A DNA stretch of 64,000 bases from positions 1,956 through 65,955 of the forward strand of contig JAZUPZ010000024.1 in NCBI GenBank assembly GCA_045605445.1, in the 5' to 3' direction. Each line of letters opens with the position of its first letter. Position 1 is the stretch's first letter. This stretch comes from Clostridia bacterium (GTDB taxonomy: Bacteria; Bacillota; Clostridia; RGIG6154). The position numbers and the translations under genes are program-made. Positions 1 to 8,931 of this stretch are shown in pieces. The notes under the pieces were generated by a model. It was not told the origin of the DNA, did not search any database, and saw nothing but the letters and a program-made list of their open reading frames with translations.

Positions 1-520
1 AATCAACTCTTATTCCCTTCTCCCTTAACTCGTCGCCTCCGCCCTGGAAGCCCTTTTCTATGGCAATGGCACAGCCGCAAAGCTCCGCTCCTGCCCGGTT
101 AAGAATATCCATAAGTCCGCACAAAGCATTTCCCTTTGCAAGAAAATCGTCGATAAGCAGAACCTTGTCTCCCTTTCCAAGAAAGTCTTTACTTACAATA
201 GCATCGTAAACATTTTTCTTTGTAAAGGAAGTTACTCTTGAAGAGTAAAATTCATCAGAAATATTGCTTGATTTGTTCTTTTTGGCAAACACAACCGGCA
301 CCTTCATAAAATGAGCTGCCGCAAACGCAATCGCAATTCCCGATGTTTCGATTGTAAGTATTTTATTAACAGGCGTATCTTTATACAAACGGGCAATTTC
401 CTTTCCCATTTCCATCAGAAATTCAACGTCGATCTGATGATTAAGAAAACAGTCTACCTTTAAAATGTTTCCAGGAAGAACTCTTCCCTCTTTAAGTATT
501 TTTTCTTCCAGCGCTTTTAT
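1..520 (-). CDS. xpt: Xanthine phosphoribosyltransferase (3' end runs off the window; start uncertain, ATA 520 or ATG 535)
   Basis: Manual translation of the minus strand gives IKALEEKILKEGRVLPGNILKVDCFLNHQID...TIETSGIAIA...VFAKK...LLIDDFLAKG, with the Xpt N-terminus and PRPP-binding motif. Not in the ORF track because it has no stop inside the window. Confidence 0.93.
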   Translation of the reverse strand, partial: MKALEEKILKEGRVLPGNILKVDCFLNHQIDVEFLMEMGKEIARLYKDTPVNKILTIETSGIAIAFAAAHFMKVPVVFAKKNKSSNISDEFYSSRVTSFTKKNVYDAIVSKDFLGKGDKVLLIDDFLAKGNALCGLMDILNRAGAELCGCAIAIEKGFQGGGDELREKGIRVD

Positions 521-540
521 AAATATCACTCCCATGTAAC

Positions 541-654
541 AAAAAAACATACCGCAAAGATATGTTTACCGACAGATATAAGACTTCCCGAATCCGTTAA
601 TTTCACACATTCAGGCTAATCTTACGGAGCATTTAACCCTCCACTGCGGCAAAC
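541..654 (-). promoter_or_regulatory. Structured 5' leader with terminator/antiterminator upstream of xpt (riboswitch-like, class unassigned)
   Basis: Multi-stem pairing found by eye, plus terminator AAACATATC-TTTGC-GGTATGTTT-TTTT, lying between the promoter and the xpt RBS. Confidence 0.6.
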
Positions 655-671
655 GCTTTTTCGTTAGAAAA

Positions 672-700
672 AGTATAGCATACCCAATATTAAAAGTCAA
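672..700 (-). promoter_or_regulatory. Sigma-A promoter for xpt leader
   Basis: TTGACT-N17-TATACT with extended -10 TG on the minus strand. Confidence 0.75.
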
Positions 701-714
701 CAAAATTCTAACTT

Positions 715-1044
715 TTAATACAATATTCTGATATGTCCCACAACGGGCATCGGAGTATCATTCCCCCTTAAGGCTCTGAAGATTCCCATTAACGACAGTG
801 CAAGGAAAAAAAGTCCCTCCATATCCTTAAGGATATTTATTATTCCCTGACCTGTTCCGCCGAACAGCAGTTGCCACATCATTATTCCGAAATCCACCAG
901 AAGTTTAAGCATTCCTATAACCATCGCCTGATTCATATGAACCTTTGACTTCTGAAAATCTCCCAGAATAAGCGCAAGAACCCATCCGGGAACAGAAAAA
1001 TAGCAAAGAATATCCGTTATTTTCTTGTTTAAAACCTTAATCAT
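715..1044 (-). CDS. Small membrane protein (DUF4870-like)
   Basis: About 3 hydrophobic segments, H-x-NQA motif, C-terminal PMPVVG; overlaps the upstream gene stop. Confidence 0.6.
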   Translation of the reverse strand: MIKVLNKKITDILCYFSVPGWVLALILGDFQKSKVHMNQAMVIGMLKLLVDFGIMMWQLLFGGTGQGIINILKDMEGLFFLALSLMGIFRALRGNDTPMPVVGHIRILY

Positions 1045-2089
1045 TTTCTTCTTCCTTTCCTGTTAAAAAATTAAAAAGCACTCCCGTTATTGCGAAGAAA
1101 CCAAGATATCCACAAAGGGGATAAACAAAGGAAATAAGCTGCGAAAAGCCTACCCTTCCCAGAACAAGTCCCAAAGCGCAAATAAGTGTTACCGTCATTT
1201 TTTTGTTCAGTCCCGTTATTTTTGTTTTAAGGTAAACAACCGTTGAAACTATGCAGGACAACGAGGTTGAAAACATTGCCGCAAGAAGCAAAACCCCGTA
1301 TACAATTCCAAGCACCGTATTTATGCCAAAAGAAACCTCAAGCATAGGCAGCTGAGCTGTTTTACTCTGAGGATATACCTCCATTGAGAGGATTATCCCG
1401 AGGGATATTACAAGAAGCATAAGGCAACCAAGGAAAATTCCGCAAAAGGCATCACGGCGGCTTTTTACATTAACGCCCACCGGGGCAAGAATTGCAATTG
1501 AACAGAAGAAATTATAGGAAACAAAAACCCCTGCCGACACAAGCCAGTTTCCAAGAAGCGGATTTCCCAAAGTTACGGCTTCGCCGGGAAAAGCAATTCC
1601 TTTCCCTGCTCCCGCAAGAATAAAAACAACCGTTGTGCAAACCGTAAGAGCCGGAACCACCATTGAAAACACCTTTGTCATACTCCCGATTCCGCCCATT
1701 GCCGCAAGGGCACACAAAAGGCAGAACAAAAGCAGCGAAAGGTCTGCCGGAATTCCTGCAATGCGGTTCAAAAGAGTTCCCGCACCCGCCGCCATTATAA
1801 CAAAAATTCCAAACATAAAAAAGCCTTCAAAGAATCCGAAAAAGCCTCTTAACACTTTGTTTTCTTTTTTTACTATTATTTTATCGGCCTCATATATTCC
1901 GCTGTCGGAAGAAATGCACACAACCCCGTAGCCCAGAACAAGCTGAAACACCAGCGCTGCGGCAAGTCCGAAAAAGCCGTAAACCCCGAAGGATGAGAAA
2001 AACTGATACAGCTCCTGCCCGGAAACGTAGCCCGCTCCCAGAAAGCACCCGGCATATACAAAGCCAAGCTTTATTACTTCTTTGTTCAT
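1037..2089 (-). CDS. YkvI-family membrane protein / putative transporter
   Basis: GAGYVSGQELYQFF motif and ~10 TM segments; start moved to ATG 2089 (GAGG upstream). Confidence 0.75.
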   Translation of the reverse strand: MNKEVIKLGFVYAGCFLGAGYVSGQELYQFFSSFGVYGFFGLAAALVFQLVLGYGVVCISSDSGIYEADKIIVKKENKVLRGFFGFFEGFFMFGIFVIMAAGAGTLLNRIAGIPADLSLLLFCLLCALAAMGGIGSMTKVFSMVVPALTVCTTVVFILAGAGKGIAFPGEAVTLGNPLLGNWLVSAGVFVSYNFFCSIAILAPVGVNVKSRRDAFCGIFLGCLMLLVISLGIILSMEVYPQSKTAQLPMLEVSFGINTVLGIVYGVLLLAAMFSTSLSCIVSTVVYLKTKITGLNKKMTVTLICALGLVLGRVGFSQLISFVYPLCGYLGFFAITGVLFNFLTGKEEEND

Positions 2090-2143
2090 AAATAAAAACC
2101 TCGCGGATATTTTATCACACTCCGCAAGGTTTTTCAACAATTA

Positions 2144-2728
2144 TTATTTATCGCTGATAGTCTTCAGCTTTTCTATGCTTAAAGCTTCCTCTTTATAATT
2201 TTCAATATAATCGAGCATTTCGTCGATATCAACAAAAGCTTTGTAAAGGTTTAAAGACGCCTCTCTCATAAAGTTTCCCTTTACTGTTTTTTCAAGCATT
2301 GCAATCATTTCATTGTAATAACCGTTTACGTTGAAAATCGCAATAGGCTTATTGTGTCTGCCCAGCTGTTTCAGAGTGAAAATTTCAAAAAATTCCTCAT
2401 AGGTTCCTATTCCGCCGGGAGTCATTATAAAAGCATCGGATTTATCCTCCATTATCTGCTTTCTTTCCCTCATAGTTTCGGTGGGAATAAATTCGCTGCA
2501 TTCTTCAAACAAAACACCGTCAACTTTAAAAAACGTTGGCGCAACTCCTATTATTTCCCCTTTTCCTTCCCTTACGCCTCTTGCAGCGGCTCCCATAAGT
2601 CCGCAAGCTCCTCCGCCGAACACAAGGCCTATTTTCCTCTCTGCCATTTTTCTGCCCAGCTCTTCGCCTTTTTCTATGTACTCTTTGTCAATAAGATCAC
2701 TTGATGACCCGTATACGCAAATTCTCAT
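2144..2728 (-). CDS. LOG-family nucleotide monophosphate nucleosidase (Rossmann fold)
   Basis: ICVYGSS, GGGxxGLMG, MRERK, PGGIGTYEE motifs. Confidence 0.9.
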   Translation of the reverse strand: MRICVYGSSSDLIDKEYIEKGEELGRKMAERKIGLVFGGGACGLMGAAARGVREGKGEIIGVAPTFFKVDGVLFEECSEFIPTETMRERKQIMEDKSDAFIMTPGGIGTYEEFFEIFTLKQLGRHNKPIAIFNVNGYYNEMIAMLEKTVKGNFMREASLNLYKAFVDIDEMLDYIENYKEEALSIEKLKTISDK

Positions 2729-2772
2729 TAACCATCATCCTTTCCGTTAATTCTATGCTGTCCTTTGAAAAT

Positions 2773-3150
2773 TTATCTTCTTTTCTGAGGACCTACGCTG
2801 AAGGTTGAAATAAGCAGAAACAACGTTACCGGGAACAGTACGGAAACAACAAGATGCACCAGAAAGGCAAGAAATCCCCAGAGCTTAACCTTTATTACAT
2901 CAATCACCAGAACAGCAAGCTCAATAACACCGCTTATTATCCAGAGAACAGTTCTCAGTTCAGGTTTGAAAATACCGATAATAAAAAGCACAACCGCACC
3001 AAAAGACACAAAAGTGCAGGGCCACATTCTGTAATTTTTCTTTTCTTCAAAAAATTCAAAACCTTTCGACATTGCAAGAATATCAATTATAAATGCAAGC
3101 AAAGTTGCAGGACCAACCGCCCAGCTCATTATCTGAAGTATATCCATCAT
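2773..3150 (-). CDS. Hypothetical membrane protein
   Basis: 125 aa, ~4 TM segments, AAGGAG RBS. Confidence 0.65.
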   Translation of the reverse strand: MMDILQIMSWAVGPATLLAFIIDILAMSKGFEFFEEKKNYRMWPCTFVSFGAVVLFIIGIFKPELRTVLWIISGVIELAVLVIDVIKVKLWGFLAFLVHLVVSVLFPVTLFLLISTFSVGPQKRR

Positions 3151-3241
3151 TTTTCTCCTTTTTAACTTGTTTCAAAAATTATACCATTTTTTTCAGAAAT
3201 AATCAACTCAATTTCTGCATATAATCAAAGTGGTGATATTT

Positions 3242-3709
3242 ATGAGTAAATTTAAAACATATGCTAAAAACATTTTAATTGCGCTGGCAGTCGGATTTTT
3301 ATCGGCATTGCTCACAAGAGGAGATATGGAAAGCTTTAACACTCTGACAAAGCCTCCCCTTACGCCGCCGGACATTGTTTTTCCGATAGTATGGGGAATT
3401 CTTTACACCCTTATGGGAATAAGCCTTTCAATGGTTCAGCTTTCCCCCGGCCCGAAGGCTCTTATTCAGAAATCAACAATATACTATTACATTCAGCTTT
3501 TCTTTAACTTTTTCTGGTCCATATGGTTCTTTAAGTTTCAGTTTTTGCTGTTTTCCTTCCTATGGCTTCTTGCTATGCTCTTCTTCATAATTGTTATGAC
3601 GGTTAATTTTTTCAGGATAAACAAAATTGCCGCATATCTTCAGATCCCATACATCCTCTGGGTGACCTTTGCGGGATATCTTAACTTTATGTATTTTCTC
3701 CTGAACTGA
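3242..3709 (+). CDS. TspO/MBR tryptophan-rich sensory protein
   Basis: LTKPPLTPP, FPIVWGILY, NFFWSIWFF, PYILWVTFA motifs. Confidence 0.9.
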   Translation: MSKFKTYAKNILIALAVGFLSALLTRGDMESFNTLTKPPLTPPDIVFPIVWGILYTLMGISLSMVQLSPGPKALIQKSTIYYYIQLFFNFFWSIWFFKFQFLLFSFLWLLAMLFFIIVMTVNFFRINKIAAYLQIPYILWVTFAGYLNFMYFLLN

Positions 3710-3713
3710 TTTC

Positions 3714-3748
3714 CACCCCGCCGGCTTCGGTCGGCGGGGTGTTTTTTA
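3714..3748 (+). terminator. Intrinsic terminator after the TspO gene
   Basis: CACCCCGCCGGC-TTCG-GTCGGCGGGGTG followed by a T-run. Confidence 0.85.
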
Positions 3749-3760
3749 TGCGATGTTTTG

Positions 3761-3807
3761 AACTTCGCCGACAGGCGAAACATCACTTGCCGAAGGCAAA
3801 CTTAACT
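3761..3807. repeat. Short linker-hairpin array (ACATCAC/ACTT linkers)
   Basis: AAC-TTCGCC-GACA-GGCGAA-ACATCAC-TTGCC-GAA-GGCAA-ACTTAACT. Confidence 0.55.
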
Positions 3808-3815
3808 GATTCGAT

Positions 3816-3845
3816 ATTGACGAAATCGTCAATCAGATATATAAT
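3816..3845 (+). promoter_or_regulatory. Sigma-A promoter with perfect palindrome over the -35 box
   Basis: TTGACG(3817)-N17-TATAAT(3840); ATTGACGA-AA-TCGTCAAT at 3816-3833. Confidence 0.65.
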
Positions 3846-3980
3846 CAAATCGGTGACAGAGGATATATAACTGCCGGAAGAACAGGTGAAGACTTTACCG
3901 TCAAAAAAGTAGTTTGGCTTTTTAAATCAGCAGGTGTTGCTATCATCTAAAACGCTTATAACGGAGGGTTGGTGTTATAA

Positions 3981-4325
3981 ATGAATAAAAAAATATACAT
4001 AATTCTTGCTTTTGTATTACTTTTGACAATAATTCTTGTTATAAAGCAAAATTGCACACCTAACATTGATTTTACAAAGTTTGACAAAAAAGTATGGAAC
4101 GAATATCCGGATAAACGATATAAAATGATTGATGATTTTGAAAACAGATACCTGCCGGAACATCTAAACAAACAAAAAGTCACAGAACTGTTGGGCAGTA
4201 AACAAATGCAAGAGATTGGTAACAGCTATAATTATGTGATTAGCGGAAGCTTAAATACACTGTACTATGCAATTGTTTTTGATGAATCCGGAAACTGTAT
4301 TAAAACAGGGATTTACAGAGAATGA
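3981..4325 (+). CDS. Small exported hypothetical protein
   Basis: N-terminal signal/anchor, GGAGG RBS, AT-rich codons. Confidence 0.7.
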   Translation: MNKKIYIILAFVLLLTIILVIKQNCTPNIDFTKFDKKVWNEYPDKRYKMIDDFENRYLPEHLNKQKVTELLGSKQMQEIGNSYNYVISGSLNTLYYAIVFDESGNCIKTGIYRE

Positions 4326-4393
4326 ACTCAAGAAAACGGTTCTGTTGTGTTTTATATGTTTACAACAGAAACGGCAACGTATGAGGTGATGGG

Positions 4394-4858
4394 ATGAAAA
4401 AATTATACACATTGATAATTGTTACAGTAGTAATATTATCTGTTGTATATGCGGTTGGAAACGGTAATTTCTATTTTGGAAGCAATTCTGAATTTTATGA
4501 TACTGCTTTTGATTGTAAAAATAGCAAATGGCGATGTGACAAAATGGGAATAGAAGCATTTATTCCTGCTGAGGAACTGTCAAATTATATGATACTGACC
4601 GATTTGAAGACAAATAAAAAGTATATTCTTTTCGCTCTGGACAATTTTACCGTTGAGTTGTATTTGTACGAATCCTTTGGTACATCAGAATCAGAATATA
4701 TTGAATTGTCAACATCTCAAAAAGCGTTATATACAACCCAGATTTACTTCAGAAAAAAATGGGGAAAAGTGAAGGAATTTGTAATAGAAAACACAGATGA
4801 AAATTGTTGGTATAAATCCGGCAAATCTCAGATTACTTTCAAAAAAGTCGAAAGGTGA
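4394..4858 (+). CDS. Small exported hypothetical protein
   Basis: MKK plus hydrophobic signal, GAGGTG RBS, AT-rich. Confidence 0.7.
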   Translation: MKKLYTLIIVTVVILSVVYAVGNGNFYFGSNSEFYDTAFDCKNSKWRCDKMGIEAFIPAEELSNYMILTDLKTNKKYILFALDNFTVELYLYESFGTSESEYIELSTSQKALYTTQIYFRKKWGKVKEFVIENTDENCWYKSGKSQITFKKVER

Positions 4859-4885
4859 CACGAAGGGACGTACCGGTTTGTTACG

Positions 4886-5000
4886 TTATTAGATAATAGA
4901 TAAGGCAGAATAGATAATAGATAGAATGTGTGAACTCCGATGGATACCATCGGAGTTACTTCCATTTTTATTCTTTATTATTTATTATTTATTCTTTAAT
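4886..5000. repeat. Heptamer-like tracts flanking an AACTCCG hairpin
   Basis: TAGATAA-type repeats, AACTCCGATGG-ATA-CCATCGGAGTT, then TTATTAT/TTATTCT repeats. Confidence 0.6.
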
Positions 5001-5090
5001 ACAAGCAAAGCAAGTATCACGGTTTTCCGAAACATAGAAATCTTTGATTTCGTAATGTTTCGTGAAGTTCGTATTATTTATTCTTTGGTT

Positions 5091-5750
5091 TTACTCTATT
5101 GCAAGGTTGAAATATAAATCCTTTGTGTCAAAATTCCCCCGAAGGGCGGCAAATTTGACAGTTTTTTTCAAATCTTTTCCCAGATATTCAAGAACTCTGT
5201 CACCGTCTGTTATGCAGATTTCTTCGCCTTTTTTATATGCCTTTGCATAGGAAAGAATATATTCAATTACATCTCTGTTCCATTCAATATAATTTTCAAG
5301 ATGCTTTGCTCTTAAATAAAAATATTCCTTTGCGCTGCACTCCTCAAAGCCTTCTGCGGTTATATTTTTATAATCGGGAATATAAAGGTGTTTTGTGTAC
5401 CCGTATCTTGCATAAAAATCAAAAAGTGATTCCTCTGAGGGTTTTAAAAAAGTAAAATCAAAGTCGGTTTTTCTGCTAATATAATTAAGTATTTTTCCGC
5501 ACCTTCCCTGATTTCTGAACTCCTCCTTTGTTGCAACTGCGTAGATATAACCTCCCTTGAGCTCTCCCGACTTTACGGGGATTACCGTTGCCATTGAAAC
5601 CACCTTTAAGCCAACAACATCGACAAATGTATTTTTTACGGGACACACTTTTTCATAAAATTCATACACGTTTTTTTTACTTCCGCCGAAGGCTTTGACC
5701 CACAGTTTTGCAATTTGCCTCTTATAAAAGATATTTGCTCTTGTAATCAT
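5091..5750 (-). CDS. GNAT-family N-acetyltransferase
   Basis: YIYAVATKEEFRNQG (motif A), LxPxxxxLFDFYARYGY. Confidence 0.85.
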   Translation of the reverse strand: MITRANIFYKRQIAKLWVKAFGGSKKNVYEFYEKVCPVKNTFVDVVGLKVVSMATVIPVKSGELKGGYIYAVATKEEFRNQGRCGKILNYISRKTDFDFTFLKPSEESLFDFYARYGYTKHLYIPDYKNITAEGFEECSAKEYFYLRAKHLENYIEWNRDVIEYILSYAKAYKKGEEICITDGDRVLEYLGKDLKKTVKFAALRGNFDTKDLYFNLAIE

Positions 5751-5782
5751 TTGTTTACCTCCCCTGAAAATTCCTACCGTTG

Positions 5783-7282
5783 TTATTTTACCATAAATCT
5801 TGAAAATTTAAAACACCTAATTCTTAAACATCCGAAAATCACAAGCAGCGATGCATAAATAAAAAACATTATAAGGCTTCCTTTTAGCATTCCGGGCGCC
5901 GTATATTTTACGAACTCTGCCGCAATTATCATAGAAAGGGCGGGTTTTACAAAAACATTGTAAACATCTATTCTGAACCTGTATTCTCTGTAAAGGCAAC
6001 CCATACTGAGAATAAGATTCAAAAGCTCGCTTATATACAAAACGGCGATATACCCCGTAAGCCCCGCTCTGGGAACGAGAAGATAAATTAAAGCTATGCA
6101 GAGAAGCGTGTCAAGAATATTAATTTTCACTACCGTTACCTGTTTGTCGATTCCCTTTAAAATACTGTCGGTAACAGTATCCATATACATTAAAAGAACC
6201 AGCGGGGCAAGCAGGCAGATATACCTTCCCGCCTTTATGCTTTTATAAAGGGAAATTCCGATATCCTCTCCGTAGGCAAACAGAATTCCGCATATAAAAA
6301 GAGAAAACATAAAAACGTTTTTCACCAGAAGCACTATAATTGAATTTATTTTTTCGCGACTGCCCCTTATGTGCCTTGAAGCAATTTCCGGAACCGTAAG
6401 GCTTGCAACCGCCCCTATTATGGCATAGGGAAACATTACAACGGGAATAACCATTCCGTTCATAAGTCCGAAATCAGCAATCGCTCTTTTCTTTGAAAAC
6501 CCGTAAAGCACAAGCCCCGTTGGTATTATTATCTGCTTTATCGAAGAAAGGGCAGACTTTAAAGCGCTTGACAAAACCACGGGAACGGATATTTTAAAAA
6601 CCCTTGAAGTAAGATTGTTTCCCGACCTGAAATTTATAAGTCTTTTTTTGTCATCTACGTAAAGAAAAATGTTGATTAAAAGACAAATTCCCTCAGATAC
6701 CACCGAGCCGAGTATTAAAGCAAGACAGCCGAAGGCAACCCCTTTATGAATAAGCATTTTCATAAAAAGCATTACCGACAGAATTCTTACAACAACCTCT
6801 GTTATTTGCACAAAAGAGGATTTATAAGCTTTTCTTACCGCTATAAAATAACCGCTGAAAACCGATGAAATTGCAACAGACGGAAAGCACAGAGAAAGAG
6901 CCCTTACTATTTCGTGGGAAGCTTCCCCTTTCAGCACATATGTTTCTATAAAGGGGGCAAAAGCCCATACGCCCACGGACAGGACAAGAGAAAGCGCCCC
7001 GGCAAAAAACACGCACTTTCTTATTGCTTTTTTTGCCCCCAGCTCGCAGTTTAAGGCAAGCTCTTCCGAAACAACTCTTGTTGCGGCAAGGCTTAAGCCG
7101 GAAACGGCAACCCCCTGAGCGAAGGAAAAAACCGTCATTAAAAGAGAGTAAATCCCCATTCCGCCTTCTCCCAGCCTTACCGAAATATAAACATTAAACC
7201 ACAACAGCAAAACCCTTATTATTGCCGATGCGGTAACCATTGCAAATCCGTTTACAAAAAACTGAAACATTCTGCCCACCAA
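5783..7282 (-). CDS. SpoVB-like polysaccharide flippase (MOP superfamily)
   Basis: About 14 TM segments, LGEGGMGIY, SILKGIDKQ; typical SpoVB-like pattern. Confidence 0.8.
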   Translation of the reverse strand: MVGRMFQFFVNGFAMVTASAIIRVLLLWFNVYISVRLGEGGMGIYSLLMTVFSFAQGVAVSGLSLAATRVVSEELALNCELGAKKAIRKCVFFAGALSLVLSVGVWAFAPFIETYVLKGEASHEIVRALSLCFPSVAISSVFSGYFIAVRKAYKSSFVQITEVVVRILSVMLFMKMLIHKGVAFGCLALILGSVVSEGICLLINIFLYVDDKKRLINFRSGNNLTSRVFKISVPVVLSSALKSALSSIKQIIIPTGLVLYGFSKKRAIADFGLMNGMVIPVVMFPYAIIGAVASLTVPEIASRHIRGSREKINSIIVLLVKNVFMFSLFICGILFAYGEDIGISLYKSIKAGRYICLLAPLVLLMYMDTVTDSILKGIDKQVTVVKINILDTLLCIALIYLLVPRAGLTGYIAVLYISELLNLILSMGCLYREYRFRIDVYNVFVKPALSMIIAAEFVKYTAPGMLKGSLIMFFIYASLLVIFGCLRIRCFKFSRFMVK

Positions 7283-7375
7283 TCCCTTTTATAAATGATA
7301 TTAAAAATTCGCGGTCTTTATGTGCAAAATCCGTAACCGGGGTTTGACATTTTATCCGCCGAGTGATATCATATT

Positions 7376-7915
7376 ATGAAGGTGATTGAAATGTACGAAA
7401 ACATACTTGAATTTTCATTTCCCGAATATAACGAGCTTCCCGAGCTTGACCTTTATATGGACCAGGTTATAAGTCTTATTGATATGAAGCTCTCGGCTTT
7501 TGCGGACGAAAGCGGAAAAACCGCCACACCTACAATGATTAACAATTACGTTAAACAGAAAATTATAAATCCGCCGGTAAAGAAAAAATACAGCAGAGAA
7601 CATATTGCCCGGCTTTTTATGGTTTTTGTTTTAAAAAGGGTGTTCAGCGTTTCCGAAACAGACAGACTTTTGAAAAGCCTTTTAAAAGACGATTCAACCG
7701 AAAAGGTTTACACGGAATTCTGCAAACATATTGAATATGCCGTAAAGGTAGTATTTACGGAGTCGGAAAAAAACGTAGAGAAAATTTCTGAAAACAAAAA
7801 TGCAAAGCTTTATTCTGCCTGTGCCCTTGCCTTTGCAACCAAGATTTACGCAGAAAAGCTTATTAACAATATTCCGAAGGAAGATGAAAAAAATGACAAA
7901 CAAAATAAAAAATGA
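7376..7915 (+). CDS. DUF1836 family protein
   Basis: ELPELDLYMDQVI, TPTMINNYVK, P-x-KKKY motifs; start may be ATG 7391. Confidence 0.85.
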   Translation: MKVIEMYENILEFSFPEYNELPELDLYMDQVISLIDMKLSAFADESGKTATPTMINNYVKQKIINPPVKKKYSREHIARLFMVFVLKRVFSVSETDRLLKSLLKDDSTEKVYTEFCKHIEYAVKVVFTESEKNVEKISENKNAKLYSACALAFATKIYAEKLINNIPKEDEKNDKQNKK

Positions 7916-8444
7916 TGCAAACACAGTTATAAATGAGCTTATTGAGGTTTCAAAGCTCAAAGAAGGTGATGTTCTCGTTATTGGCTGCTCTTCAAGCGAA
8001 ATTATGGGCGACAAAATAGGAACAAATTCCGACGTTGATGCGGCAAAGGCTGTTTTTGAAGAAATTTACTCTGTTGCAAAAGCAAAGGGAATTTTCCTTG
8101 CGGCACAGTGTTGCGAGCATCTTAACCGCGCAATAGTTATTGAAAAGGAGCTTGCAGATAAAAAAGGGCTTGATTGCGTTAATGCAGTTCCTCAGCCCAA
8201 GGCAGGCGGTTCCTTTGCAACAAGAGCCTATGCTTCTTTCAAAAACCCCTGCGTTGTTGAACATATTAAGGCAGATGCCGGACTTGACATTGGCGGAACC
8301 CTTATAGGAATGCACTTAAAGGAGGTTGCCGTTCCGGTAAGACTTTCTTTGAAAAAGATTGGCGAAGCAAATATTTTGTGCGCAAGAACAAGACCGAAAT
8401 TCATTGGCGGAGTTCGTGCAAATTATAACGAAAACCTTCTTTAA
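7893..8444 (+). CDS. YwlG/UPF0340 (TIGR01440) family protein
   Basis: IGCSSSEI, QCCEHLNRA, KAGGS, GLDIGGTLIGMHLK, RPKFIGG; start moved to ATG 7893. Confidence 0.9.
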   Translation: MTNKIKNDANTVINELIEVSKLKEGDVLVIGCSSSEIMGDKIGTNSDVDAAKAVFEEIYSVAKAKGIFLAAQCCEHLNRAIVIEKELADKKGLDCVNAVPQPKAGGSFATRAYASFKNPCVVEHIKADAGLDIGGTLIGMHLKEVAVPVRLSLKKIGEANILCARTRPKFIGGVRANYNENLL

Positions 8445-8462
8445 TTTTTTTCAAAAAAGATA

Positions 8463-8491
8463 TTGACAAACCGCTTTTATTATGTTAGAAT
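8463..8491 (+). promoter_or_regulatory. Sigma-A promoter of tRNA-Ser pair
   Basis: TTGACA-N17-TAGAAT with TG. Confidence 0.8.
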
Positions 8492-8504
8492 AGTTAAGCG
8501 TTAC

Positions 8505-8591
8505 GGAGAGGTGTCCGAGTGGTTTAAGGAGCTAGTCTTGAAAACTAGTGATGCGGAAGCACCGTGAGTTCGAATCTCACCCTCTCCGCCA
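8505..8591 (+). tRNA. tRNA-Ser(TGA)
   Basis: GGAGAGG acceptor stem, anticodon arm CTAGT-CTTGAAA-ACTAG, long variable arm, GTTCGAATC, encoded CCA. Confidence 0.97.
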
Positions 8592-8649
8592 CTTTCAATC
8601 CGTACAACCACTGTACGGATTGAATAATATTAAAATAATTTATACATTC

Positions 8650-8743
8650 GGAGAAGTACCCAAGTCGGCCGAAGGGGGCGGTTTGCTAAACCGTTAGGTC
8701 GGTGAATACCGGCGCAAGGGTTCGAATCCCTTCTTCTCCGCCA
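8650..8743 (+). tRNA. tRNA-Ser(GCT)
   Basis: GGAGAAG acceptor stem, anticodon loop TTGCTAA, long variable arm, GTTCGAATC, CCA. Confidence 0.97.
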
Positions 8744-8771
8744 GCAAAAAAAAGATACCATTCGGTATCTG

Positions 8772-8931
8772 TTTTTTGCTGGCGGAGAAGTGGATTCGAA
8801 CCCGAGAGGGCACTCGCCGTTAAGAAAACGATTGATAATCGTTTTCAGGTGAGTGGTGCGAAGTCCGGTACCGAAGCCAAAGGCTTGGGTGGACAAGCAC
8901 GGCAGATTGCCTGCAATCTGCATCGAATCCC
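8772..8931. repeat. tRNA-linked structured element, copy A
   Basis: Inverted copy of the tRNA-Ser 3' end followed by a multi-stem body with GGTACCGAA; homologous to 9098-9250 and 53144-53289. Confidence 0.8.

Noticed and set aside
541-660. Canonical guanine/purine riboswitch or ykkC-type riboswitch upstream of xpt
   Set aside because: The diagnostic conserved nucleotides of those classes are not present; kept only as an unclassified candidate.
8772-8931. Extra tRNA, tmRNA or known self-cleaving ribozyme on the minus strand
   Set aside because: Only a T-loop/acceptor-like 3' end is present; no matching 5' acceptor strand, D-arm or tag frame, and no hammerhead core (CUGANGA...GAAA) found by eye.
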